From contig UYFQ01000767.1 of assembly GCA_900617105.1 (NCBI GenBank), forward strand, positions 109,506 to 129,505: a stretch of 20,000 nucleotides of DNA. The letters are read 5' to 3'. The DNA comes from Hydrurus foetidus (Eukaryota). The notes beneath the pieces are model-generated. The model searched no databases. It was given only the letters and a program-made list of their open reading frames with translations, and was not told where the DNA came from. Numbering within the stretch: the first letter of the stretch is position 1; each line of letters starts with the position of its first letter. The position numbers were made by a program, and so were the translations under genes. This document shows, piece by piece, positions 1-11,570 of this stretch.

Positions 1-3000
1 TGTTTCGTAGAAGTACGATTAGAGTTATGTTTCGTAGAAGTACGATTAGAGTTATGTTTCGTAGAAGTACGATTAGAGTTATGTTTCGTAGAAGTACGAT
101 TAGAGTTATGTTTCGTAGAAGTACGATTAGAGTTATGTTTCGTAGAAGTACGATTAGAGTTATGTTTCGTAGAAGTACGATTAGAGTTATGTTTCGTAGA
201 AGTACGATTAGAGTTATGTTTCGTAGAAGTACGATTAGAGTTATGTTTCGTAGAAGTACGATTAGAGTTATGTTTCGTAGAAGTACGATTAGAGTTATGT
301 TTCGTAGAAGTACGATTAGAGTTATGTTTCGTAGAAGTACGATTAGAGTTATGTTTCGTAGAAGTACGATTAGAGTTATGTTTCGTAGAAGTACGATTAG
401 AGTTATGTTTCGTAGAAGTACGATTAGAGTTATGTTTCGTAGAAGTACGATTAGAGTTATGTTTCGTAGAAGTACGATTAGAGTTATGTTTCGTAGAAGT
501 ACGATTAGAGTTATGTTTCGTAGAAGTACGATTAGAGTTATGTTTCGTAGAAGTACGATTAGAGTTATGTTTCGTAGAAGTACGATTAGAGTTATGTTTC
601 GTAGAAGTACGATTAGAGTTATGTTTCGTAGAAGTACGATTAGAGTTATGTTTCGTAGAAGTACGATTAGAGTTATGTTTCGTAGAAGTACGATTAGAGT
701 TATGTTTCGTAGAAGTACGATTAGAGTTATGTTTCGTAGAAGTACGATTAGAGTTATGTTTCGTAGAAGTACGATTAGAGTTATGTTTCGTAGAAGTACG
801 ATTAGAGTTATGTTTCGTAGAAGTACGATTAGAGTTATGTTTCGTAGAAGTACGATTAGAGTTATGTTTCGTAGAAGTACGATTAGAGTTATGTTTCGTA
901 GAAGTACGATTAGAGTTATGTTTCGTAGAAGTACGATTAGAGTTATGTTTCGTAGAAGTACGATTAGAGTTATGTTTCGTAGAAGTACGATTAGAGTTAT
1001 GTTTCGTAGAAGTACGATTAGAGTTATGTTTCGTAGAAGTACGATTAGAGTTATGTTTCGTAGAAGTACGATTAGAGTTATGTTTCGTAGAAGTACGATT
1101 AGAGTTATGTTTCGTAGAAGTACGATTAGAGTTATGTTTCGTAGAAGTACGATTAGAGTTATGTTTCGTAGAAGTACGATTAGAGTTATGTTTCGTAGAA
1201 GTACGATTAGAGTTATGTTTCGTAGAAGTACGATTAGAGTTATGTTTCGTAGAAGTACGATTAGAGTTATGTTTCGTAGAAGTACGATTAGAGTTATGTT
1301 TCGTAGAAGTACGATTAGAGTTATGTTTCGTAGAAGTACGATTAGAGTTATGTTTCGTAGAAGTACGATTAGAGTTATGTTTCGTAGAAGTACGATTAGA
1401 GTTATGTTTCGTAGAAGTACGATTAGAGTTATGTTTCGTAGAAGTACGATTAGAGTTATGTTTCGTAGAAGTACGATTAGAGTTATGTTTCGTAGAAGTA
1501 CGATTAGAGTTATGTTTCGTAGAAGTACGATTAGAGTTATGTTTCGTAGAAGTACGATTAGAGTTATGTTTCGTAGAAGTACGATTAGAGTTATGTTTCG
1601 TAGAAGTACGATTAGAGTTATGTTTCGTAGAAGTACGATTAGAGTTATGTTTCGTAGAAGTACGATTAGAGTTATGTTTCGTAGAAGTACGATTAGAGTT
1701 ATGTTTCGTAGAAGTACGATTAGAGTTATGTTTCGTAGAAGTACGATTAGAGTTATGTTTCGTAGAAGTACGATTAGAGTTATGTTTCGTAGAAGTACGA
1801 TTAGAGTTATGTTTCGTAGAAGTACGATTAGAGTTATGTTTCGTAGAAGTACGATTAGAGTTATGTTTCGTAGAAGTACGATTAGAGTTATGTTTCGTAG
1901 AAGTACGATTAGAGTTATGTTTCGTAGAAGTACGATTAGAGTTATGTTTCGTAGAAGTACGATTAGAGTTATGTTTCGTAGAAGTACGATTAGAGTTATG
2001 TTTCGTAGAAGTACGATTAGAGTTATGTTTCGTAGAAGTACGATTAGAGTTATGTTTCGTAGAAGTACGATTAGAGTTATGTTTCGTAGAAGTACGATTA
2101 GAGTTATGTTTCGTAGAAGTACGATTAGAGTTATGTTTCGTAGAAGTACGATTAGAGTTATGTTTCGTAGAAGTACGATTAGAGTTATGTTTCGTAGAAG
2201 TACGATTAGAGTTATGTTTCGTAGAAGTACGATTAGAGTTATGTTTCGTAGAAGTACGATTAGAGTTATGTTTCGTAGAAGTACGATTAGAGTTATGTTT
2301 CGTAGAAGTACGATTAGAGTTATGTTTCGTAGAAGTACGATTAGAGTTATGTTTCGTAGAAGTACGATTAGAGTTATGTTTCGTAGAAGTACGATTAGAG
2401 TTATGTTTCGTAGAAGTACGATTAGAGTTATGTTTCGTAGAAGTACGATTAGAGTTATGTTTCGTAGAAGTACGATTAGAGTTATGTTTCGTAGAAGTAC
2501 GATTAGAGTTATGTTTCGTAGAAGTACGATTAGAGTTATGTTTCGTAGAAGTACGATTAGAGTTATGTTTCGTAGAAGTACGATTAGAGTTATGTTTCGT
2601 AGAAGTACGATTAGAGTTATGTTTCGTAGAAGTACGATTAGAGTTATGTTTCGTAGAAGTACGATTAGAGTTATGTTTCGTAGAAGTACGATTAGAGTTA
2701 TGTTTCGTAGAAGTACGATTAGAGTTATGTTTCGTAGAAGTACGATTAGAGTTATGTTTCGTAGAAGTACGATTAGAGTTATGTTTCGTAGAAGTACGAT
2801 TAGAGTTATGTTTCGTAGAAGTACGATTAGAGTTATGTTTCGTAGAAGTACGATTAGAGTTATGTTTCGTAGAAGTACGATTAGAGTTATGTTTCGTAGA
2901 AGTACGATTAGAGTTATGTTTCGTAGAAGTACGATTAGAGTTATGTTTCGTAGAAGTACGATTAGAGTTATGTTTCGTAGAAGTACGATTAGAGTTATGT

Positions 3001-4564
3001 TTCGTAGAAGTACGATTAGAGTTATGTTTCGTAGAAGTACGATTAGAGTTATGTTTCGTAGAAGTACGATTAGAGTTATGTTTCGTAGAAGTACGATTAG
3101 AGTTATGTTTCGTAGAAGTACGATTAGAGTTATGTTTCGTAGAAGTACGATTAGAGTTATGTTTCGTAGAAGTACGATTAGAGTTATGTTTCGTAGAAGT
3201 ACGATTAGAGTTATGTTTCGTAGAAGTACGATTAGAGTTATGTTTCGTAGAAGTACGATTAGAGTTATGTTTCGTAGAAGTACGATTAGAGTTATGTTTC
3301 GTAGAAGTACGATTAGAGTTATGTTTCGTAGAAGTACGATTAGAGTTATGTTTCGTAGAAGTACGATTAGAGTTATGTTTCGTAGAAGTACGATTAGAGT
3401 TATGTTTCGTAGAAGTACGATTAGAGTTATGTTTCGTAGAAGTACGATTAGAGTTATGTTTCGTAGAAGTACGATTAGAGTTATGTTTCGTAGAAGTACG
3501 ATTAGAGTTATGTTTCGTAGAAGTACGATTAGAGTTATGTTTCGTAGAAGTACGATTAGAGTTATGTTTCGTAGAAGTACGATTAGAGTTATGTTTCGTA
3601 GAAGTACGATTAGAGTTATGTTTCGTAGAAGTACGATTAGAGTTATGTTTCGTAGAAGTACGATTAGAGTTATGTTTCGTAGAAGTACGATTAGAGTTAT
3701 GTTTCGTAGAAGTACGATTAGAGTTATGTTTCGTAGAAGTACGATTAGAGTTATGTTTCGTAGAAGTACGATTAGAGTTATGTTTCGTAGAAGTACGATT
3801 AGAGTTATGTTTCGTAGAAGTACGATTAGAGTTATGTTTCGTAGAAGTACGATTAGAGTTATGTTTCGTAGAAGTACGATTAGAGTTATGTTTCGTAGAA
3901 GTACGATTAGAGTTATGTTTCGTAGAAGTACGATTAGAGTTATGTTTCGTAGAAGTACGATTAGAGTTATGTTTCGTAGAAGTACGATTAGAGTTATGTT
4001 TCGTAGAAGTACGATTAGAGTTATGTTTCGTAGAAGTACGATTAGAGTTATGTTTCGTAGAAGTACGATTAGAGTTATGTTTCGTAGAAGTACGATTAGA
4101 GTTATGTTTCGTAGAAGTACGATTAGAGTTATGTTTCGTAGAAGTACGATTAGAGTTATGTTTCGTAGAAGTACGATTAGAGTTATGTTTCGTAGAAGTA
4201 CGATTAGAGTTATGTTTCGTAGAAGTACGATTAGAGTTATGTTTCGTAGAAGTACGATTAGAGTTATGTTTCGTAGAAGTACGATTAGAGTTATGTTTCG
4301 TAGAAGTACGATTAGAGTTATGTTTCGTAGAAGTACGATTAGAGTTATGTTTCGTAGAAGTACGATTAGAGTTATGTTTCGTAGAAGTACGATTAGAGTT
4401 ATGTTTCGTAGAAGTACGATTAGAGTTATGTTTCGTAGAAGTACGATTAGAGTTATGTTTCGTAGAAGTACGATTAGAGTTATGTTTCGTAGAAGTACGA
4501 TTAGAGTTATGTTTCGTAGAAGTACGATTAGAGTTATGTTTCGAAGAAGTACGATTAGAGTTAT
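1..4564. repeat. Tandem minisatellite, 27-bp unit TGTTTCGTAGAAGTACGATTAGAGTTA, 169 copies visible, cut by the window start
   Basis: Exact 27-bp periodicity. The only variant I found is T>A at 4544 in the terminal unit. Each unit has an internal inverted repeat, TCGTA-GAAG-TACGA. Confidence 0.99.
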
Positions 4565-4730
4565 TTGACACAGTACTCTTCCTGTCAACCGTGAGATGCT
4601 TGTTTCGGCACATGACTGCTGTATGCAGATTTCTGTTTCTATAATATTAAATGCAACATATAAGTGAATAATGTGATGCAATTATGTTACATAAAATCAT
4701 ATAAAAAAATAAAACTATGTAGTACTGTAT

Positions 4731-4815
4731 AATATCATATTATATCATATTATTCCATATCAAATAATATCAAATCAAATCAAATCGCACCAAATCAAAC
4801 GAAATAACATCAAAT
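4731..4815. repeat. Degenerate (ATATC/AAATC)n pentanucleotide tract, intronic
   Basis: aatatcatattatatcatat...caaatcaaatcaaatc. Confidence 0.7.
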
Positions 4816-4827
4816 CGCATGATTCAC

Positions 4828-4892
4828 CTTCGTCTTTGAACGCTAAGCTGCCCAGAGCCCTTGCAGCCGATTGTGTAACCGCTATATCTCCG
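4828..4892 (-). CDS. ARM gene exon (S)GDIAVTQSAARALGSLAFKDE(G); last exon identified in the window
   Basis: TAG acceptor at 4895-4893, G|GTGAAT donor at 4827; 65 nt, phase 2 in, phase 1 out. Confidence 0.88.
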
Positions 4893-7474
4893 CTAATTAA
4901 TAAGTAAATAAGTAAATAAATAAATAAATAAATAGATAAATAAATAGATAAATAAGTAAGTAAGTAAGTAAGCAAATAGATAAATAAATAGAACAACATA
5001 AATAATATCAAAAATAGATTGGGAGGTATTCTTGGAGCTTTTTATCAGACAAAACATTTGGTCGCATTCTAATAGTAATGATGCGCTCAACGAATTGTCG
5101 CATCGTTGTATTCATTATTCTATTAATGGCCGGATTTAACCGTAAGAAAACGGACTACTTGGAACATATTTAATTTTACAACACACACTCAACAAAGCGG
5201 TACGCGGGATACATGAAACATCGTTGTTTCTGTTTTATGTTACTATACCTGATGTGTTTATTTAGTGCTTGAGTCACCGCTTCACACGCTAACAAAAGAA
5301 AAGATTTAATAATTAGAATTTTTACGAGTTCAGAACAGTTGTGATCAGGAGTAGATTTAATTGAAAAATTTCAAAAGAAAAAAAATACATTACAAATCTA
5401 AAGTAAAACGAAGAACCAAATAAGTATATGAAAAACAAAAAACAAAAAGCACAAAAGAGATTGAAAAAAAATGGAGAAGAGGTAGTGTAGTGTAGTGTAG
5501 TGTAGAGTTGGGAATGATGGGTCACCTCCGTTAGCGCCCATCCATCCGATATTGTTCGGGGTGAAGCAGAGAAAGTGAATGGCGTAGCAGCTCTGGACAG
5601 CCACCTCGGAGTTGTCTTCGTGTCTCTTCAGCGCACCCACACTCGCCTCATAGGCACCTGGGGGAAGAGAGAGTAGAGAAGGAGAGGGGAGAGGGAGAGA
5701 GGGAGGGGAGAGAGAGAGAAGGGGGGGGGAGAGGAAAAGAGAGTTAGAGGGAGAGAGAGAAAAAGAAGGAGAGAAAGAGGTTGAGCTAGAAGAAGAGAAG
5801 ACAAGAAAGTAGGTTGACAAATAGAAGGAGAAAGAGAGACAAGAATTGCTTTGAATTTGTCCCATGTCTATTCGTCCGAACACACTCATGATGCAATATC
5901 ATGTGTACCTGCTGCTGAGAGTCTCGTTTGATTTCCCATATCCGATGCTAGGTCGCCTAGTAAATGAACATAAAAAAGATTTAGTAACAGTAAGTGATGA
6001 TTACGCTGTCAAAGATGTTGCCGTAGAGGTGATGTGTAATTGGTGCAAGAAATGTCTTGTAGAGGTACTTTACGATGTAATTTTAATAACGTATGATTAC
6101 ATTCGTAAGTATGTTTGTGGTGTGACACGTACGTGCGTACGTACCGATTGCTAAGCAGCCCACAGCGCTCACAGTTTTGCTGATGGCTTGTCGCTGCACA
6201 GTTGACACCACCATCTCGCATAATCCTGATGACAACAGACGGGTACATTGAATAAATATGACGAAGTGAATGAATGCAATATTTCAATCGGATAGTAATG
6301 AATATGTGATACATGTTAGATATACATTTTGGCGCTGAAAAAATAATTATCATTTCAATTAGATAGGCGGTACACACGAAATGTGAACACTAAAACAGTG
6401 AAGAAATAGGAATGGATTCACGTAATAAGCGTCATTCTTAAATAGCATCAAATACAATAATCGTAGGACAATAAGAAGGAAGATTTTTGTGTTGATAAAT
6501 GAGTAGAAAAGAGTAGTGTTTAATAGATTGATAATGTTGGAGATGGTCGCAAGATTATCGAAATAAAAAATAAAAATAAAAATTATAAATCGATTGATGA
6601 AGATCAAAAGCGAGTGAAAAAACAATTCGCAAATAAAACAATAAAGTGTGTGTATAAATAATGAAAACAATGACTGCGGAATATTTTACAGGAAACATTT
6701 ATCTTACCGGCATTTCTCATTTTGGACGTAATTCCGTCCAATTTTGAAAGTTTGTGTACGCACTTACATCTGCGAATTTATTTATTAAATAAATTTAGTT
6801 CTAATGTCACTGAGAGAAAGAGGGATTCGTGATATTTGTACGACGTATTTTGTACTCATACAGATTATCTTTGTCAAAATACGAAGTAATGTCTGCACAA
6901 GATATCAGCAACGACAATATTGACTTGCTAGCCACTATGATCTTATATAGACAATAAAAATAATAACAATGTAATGATGGCCCCAGTGGCACCAATGGTA
7001 TCAGTCAAAATAAATTACAATAATATCGATGTTTACCCCCAGGTGGCCATTTCCTCTTCGCCCGCGTGTTGCTCGAAATTGGTCGACAAGGCTTCTAAAA
7101 TATCACTCGACACTAGCCGCGCTACAAGTCTGAAAGAAATACGAGTACAAAATACGGAGTACAGAATATGATTGAAAAAAGAAGAAAAATTATTGGATAC
7201 GATGAGAGTGATAAATTCAAAAAATGAAATATAGAAGAGACACGATAAAAATTGACATATAACAAGCTGACTGAAACTAAAAAATAAATTGCATACTGAT
7301 GAAAATGGAAAATGAGACACATTTAATGGAGTACTAAAAAGAAAGAAGACAAAAGTGACAGATAAATCTCGCAAGAAAAACACTGGGACACAAACGAGAT
7401 AAATGAACTAAGGGAGCTACGGTTACTGGCACTTTGCTGCGGTGAATCTATCCATCTTCCTGTTTAAGATTCTA

Positions 7475-7513
<39 letters not shown>

Positions 7514-7631
7514 TGTGTGTGTGTGTGTAAAATTAATATATGTATGTGTATATGTACGTATGTATGTATATATGTGTATGTGTGTGAAAGAGTGTGTATG
7601 TATATGTATGTGTATGTATGTATTTAATGTA

Positions 7632-7663
<32 letters not shown>

Positions 7664-7680
7664 TGTGGGAAGGTGCGTGT

Positions 7681-7723
<43 letters not shown>

Positions 7724-7748
7724 AAGGTGTATGTGTGTGTATGTGTAT

Positions 7749-7817
<69 letters not shown>

Positions 7818-10800
7818 AAGGTGTGTGTGTGTGTGTGTGTGTGTGTGGGAAGGTGCGTGTGTGTATGTGTAATTGAATTGCATGAATGTATGCGTCCATC
7901 TCTGTGCCCCCATCCCGTCCCATCGCATCGCATCTATCCTATCACATCTCATCGCACAGCAGTTACCCCGTCATACCGCACCGTACCTGAGATCGGATGC
8001 GAGGTAGTAGAGAAGTTCGAATACACACTTCGACAGTTTATCGCTGTCCGAGTGTTTCTTCAGTCCCTTTAGGACCAGCGAAGTGACCCCTGCATAAAGG
8101 GAAGAAATTCGGTCAAAAATAGACGTATTCTAATAAAGGAATTAAACACATTCATCATTAAGGAAATGCGCGTATGTGATTGTGAATGAATGTTTATTTA
8201 CTATAATATAGCACCGCCTTAATCTCAATATTAAATAGAATGACTCAGATGCTACATAACAAGAACTGATGCTCAATGGAAACATTACTTATAAAGTGTT
8301 ATTTACTGAAGCACTTGGAACATAATAATCGAAGCACTAAAAATGCAAATGAATAGAATCTCGCACTAAATAACGTGGAAGTGGTACTTACCAGCATTAG
8401 CGATTCTGGGGATGATGTCATCTTCTTCGCTGGCAATGCACGCTATCAGGGCGCTGAACGAAAAGAGAAAAAAACGAAAAGAGAAAAGAATAATGTTAAA
8501 TAAAAAGAAACGAAGTGAGAAGTAAGAGGAAAAAAGTGAAGTGAAGTGAAAAGAAGAGAAGAAGAAAAAAGACGAAGAGAAGAAACGGAGGTAGAGGAGG
8601 TGGCAGAGAAATTGTGCGGATAACATTGCCTCTTATCTTAATCACATATAAGACGATGCTACTTGATTGAAGATTTCAAGTATTCCGAGAGGAAGTGAAT
8701 GTCATAGAAGTGATACAACCGATTGACGAGTCACAGCCCTTCGAAAAGGGATCATCATCTTCGATTATTACACACACATAGCAGACAACCGAGTACAAAA
8801 ATCGTTTGTTCTCTCTTCCTCACCGACAGGCTTCCTTCAGGAATGTTTCCGAGTGCATGTGTGACTTAATGACCGCTATTATCGACTCTGGTACTAATTC
8901 GTTGGCCAGACGAGCTCTGTTATTTTCTGGGGAATAATTGAAATAAAATAAGCTGTGAAATAATGTGGGAGGACAGTGTGATAATAATAATTGTGCTCTA
9001 AAATATGATAGTGATTCTCTTTTGCTCTGCAGAATGGTTTCAACAGCAAAAACCAATCTGAGTAAGCCGAATAATGAGATAGAAATAGTGCTTCATTAAG
9101 GCGTACCTGTTTGCGCCATGTTCCGGATGGCCCAACACACCTCCGTGCAGATGGGCATGCTGGTGGAGTGTTTCTGCAGCACGATGATGATGTTCTCGCA
9201 CGCACCAGCGACACCTGTAGTGTACGTATGCAACATGATGTGATGTGAAGTGGTGTGATGTGGTGTGATCTGTTATGATGTGATGTGTCGTGATGTGTTG
9301 TGATATGATACGATGTAACATTATGTGATGTGGTGACATGTGGTGTGATGTGATATGATGTGATGTGATGCAATATGATGTGATGTTATGTTATGTGGTG
9401 AGATGTAATATCATTAGTGATACCTTTGATGATGTCAGTGTGAGAGACATGCACAGTTATATCAACACCAATCGATATTGAACCATTTTCGACTCGTTGA
9501 CTATTCCCACAATCCAATAAGATCTGAAATCATTTCATCACAATTTTAGATACACCAGCAGCTACTTTATCTATCCAGCAACACCAATCCACTCTACAAT
9601 ATCACCCATCATGCTAATCTTGAATCGCACCTAGCCTCTCTCTGTTGGCTTCGTTGCCCGCTGCGATGTGACCGATGGCTCTATTGACCCAACAAGACAA
9701 CTCGGTGGATTTGTTGGCTTTTATCAGGGAGCGAGCTAGAGCCTCACATGCACCTAAACGATTTATGTTTATGTTTATATTTTGAAATGTCAGCAGTAGA
9801 AGGTAAGGATGTTGATGATGTTTAATTTGTTTTTACGTCTCGATGAGGTCTTTGTGAGTACGTATTGTTATCAGTTCAGCAGATCTCTGCCATTTGGATG
9901 ATATTGGATATCACTTCATGCTCTAATGTGTACTCGCATCTGTTCTCGTGCAAGTACTGCACAATCACATGTACGGGCTTCTCTTTATCTTTCTCTTTGC
10001 GTTACCTGCGTCTCCCAGTCTCGTCCTGTTGCTCTCGAGCGCACACAAACAACGCACCTGTAAGTACGTACATACGTTACATTCTATTGGTTATTAATTA
10101 TGTTGAGATATTGTACTACTCATTGACAACATCAACTAAAACCGTTTAAAAATAATTAAAAATAATTAAAATTGAGTTTGAATTTCACGAGTTTGAGCTG
10201 TTCTTTGATCTGTGTAGACTCCTGAAGAACAGTCATTTTTGTGACACTAGTAATATAAATAGAGATACAGTTAAGACACCCAAAGTACGTTAAGGTCAGG
10301 GTAGCATCGTTGCACTGTCTCTTGTCGTACGGCACTACAACTTAGCTTAATAAGATAGCTGCAAAGAGGCATTTGACACTTAGCTGAATAAGATAGCTGC
10401 AAAGAGACATTTGACACTTAGCTTAATAAGATAGCTGCAAAGAGACATTTGACTCGTATTTAATATTTTTAGTAGACTGTATTCATATACATTTTGTGTG
10501 CACATTCCTGCGATGTATAACAAGATTGATAAAGTGACATTTCAAACACACATAATTAGATGCTAATTAAGATAATTAGATGCTTACCGCATCGCACGCC
10601 ATTTCCATCACCCTGTTATCTCCTGTGTTGATACCCTGTGCAAACAGTAAATGTCGTTTATTAGTCGAGCAAATACTAAATCATTTCTATTCATAAGGTG
10701 TTTTTTTCAATGAATAAATACGACAAGTTTAATTGAGACAATGCAGTTTACGATACAAAATAGTAGTGTAATGCTATGATGCAAAAAAAATGATTATGAA

Positions 10801-11375
10801 AGAAAACAAAATAATTACTTCTTACGAAAAAAAATGTAAGTACGGAGGGGAAAAGATATGAGAACGTACGTGTCTCTGCAAGGCGGCTACGATGTGCTCG
10901 GATGCTTTGGCGATTCCGATTGCCTTGGCGTTCTCCAGACTAGCTGAGAATTTATTTTCGTCACTGCTGCGACATAAATACGAAATAACCTAAAAAAGAA
11001 AAAGAAAAGAAAGAAAAAAGAAACTTGAATGTTATAAGAGTGAATGTTAAAGTGTACTTACACGAGGAGGAGAAATAAGACTTCACTGCGGTAATGTTAG
11101 ATCATATGGAGAAAAGAATATGGAGGAAAGGGGTAAAAAACGGCAGAGAAATCATGTTGAAAATCTATGTTACAGGTATAACAATTTATCTATTTTAATT
11201 GAATTTGTATAATAATTTGGTCGAAAATGCTAATAGTGCAAGCATCGGATATTTGCGAACTGAACAACCCACTTATATGGACATAAGTCTACCTGCAGCG
11301 CCCGTTCGCACACACTGACGGTGGATATCATTTCGCCCAACACTTGAGACACCAAAGGACCTGCGATGAAACAAA

Positions 11376-11418
<43 letters not shown>

Positions 11419-11535
11419 ACAAATAAATAAACAAATAAATAAATAAATAAATAAACAAATAAATAAATAAACAAATAAATAAATAAACAAATAAATAAAT
11501 AAATAAATAAATAAACAAATAAATAAATAAACAAA

Positions 11536-11570
<35 letters not shown>

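Noticed and set aside
1..4564. CRISPR array or long-unit telomeric repeat
   Set aside because: The units are head-to-tail with no unique spacers and there are no cas genes. The + strand is G-rich rather than C-rich as a left telomere would be, and the adjacent gene is unfinished at that point. Whether the window starts at a contig end is unknown.
27..4568. 1513-aa ORF as a real protein-coding gene
   Set aside because: It is a perfect 9-codon repeat with essentially no synonymous variation, antisense to the spliced ARM gene. An open frame is expected when a 27-bp unit happens to lack a stop.
4565..4570. TTGACA as a bacterial -35 promoter element
   Set aside because: The context is a eukaryotic intron, with no properly spaced -10 box or downstream prokaryotic gene.
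4565..4640. Additional exon between the last called exon and the 27-bp array
   Set aside because: Candidate AG acceptors exist, but the translation I tried does not continue the ARM pattern and the donor is weak. RNA-seq is needed to exclude it.
7442..8072. Cys/Val- and His/Thr-rich ORFs
   Set aside because: These are translations of the (TG)n microsatellite.
8894..9373. His-rich ORFs
   Set aside because: They derive from the (CATCA)n intronic repeat, and the real exon is read in another frame.
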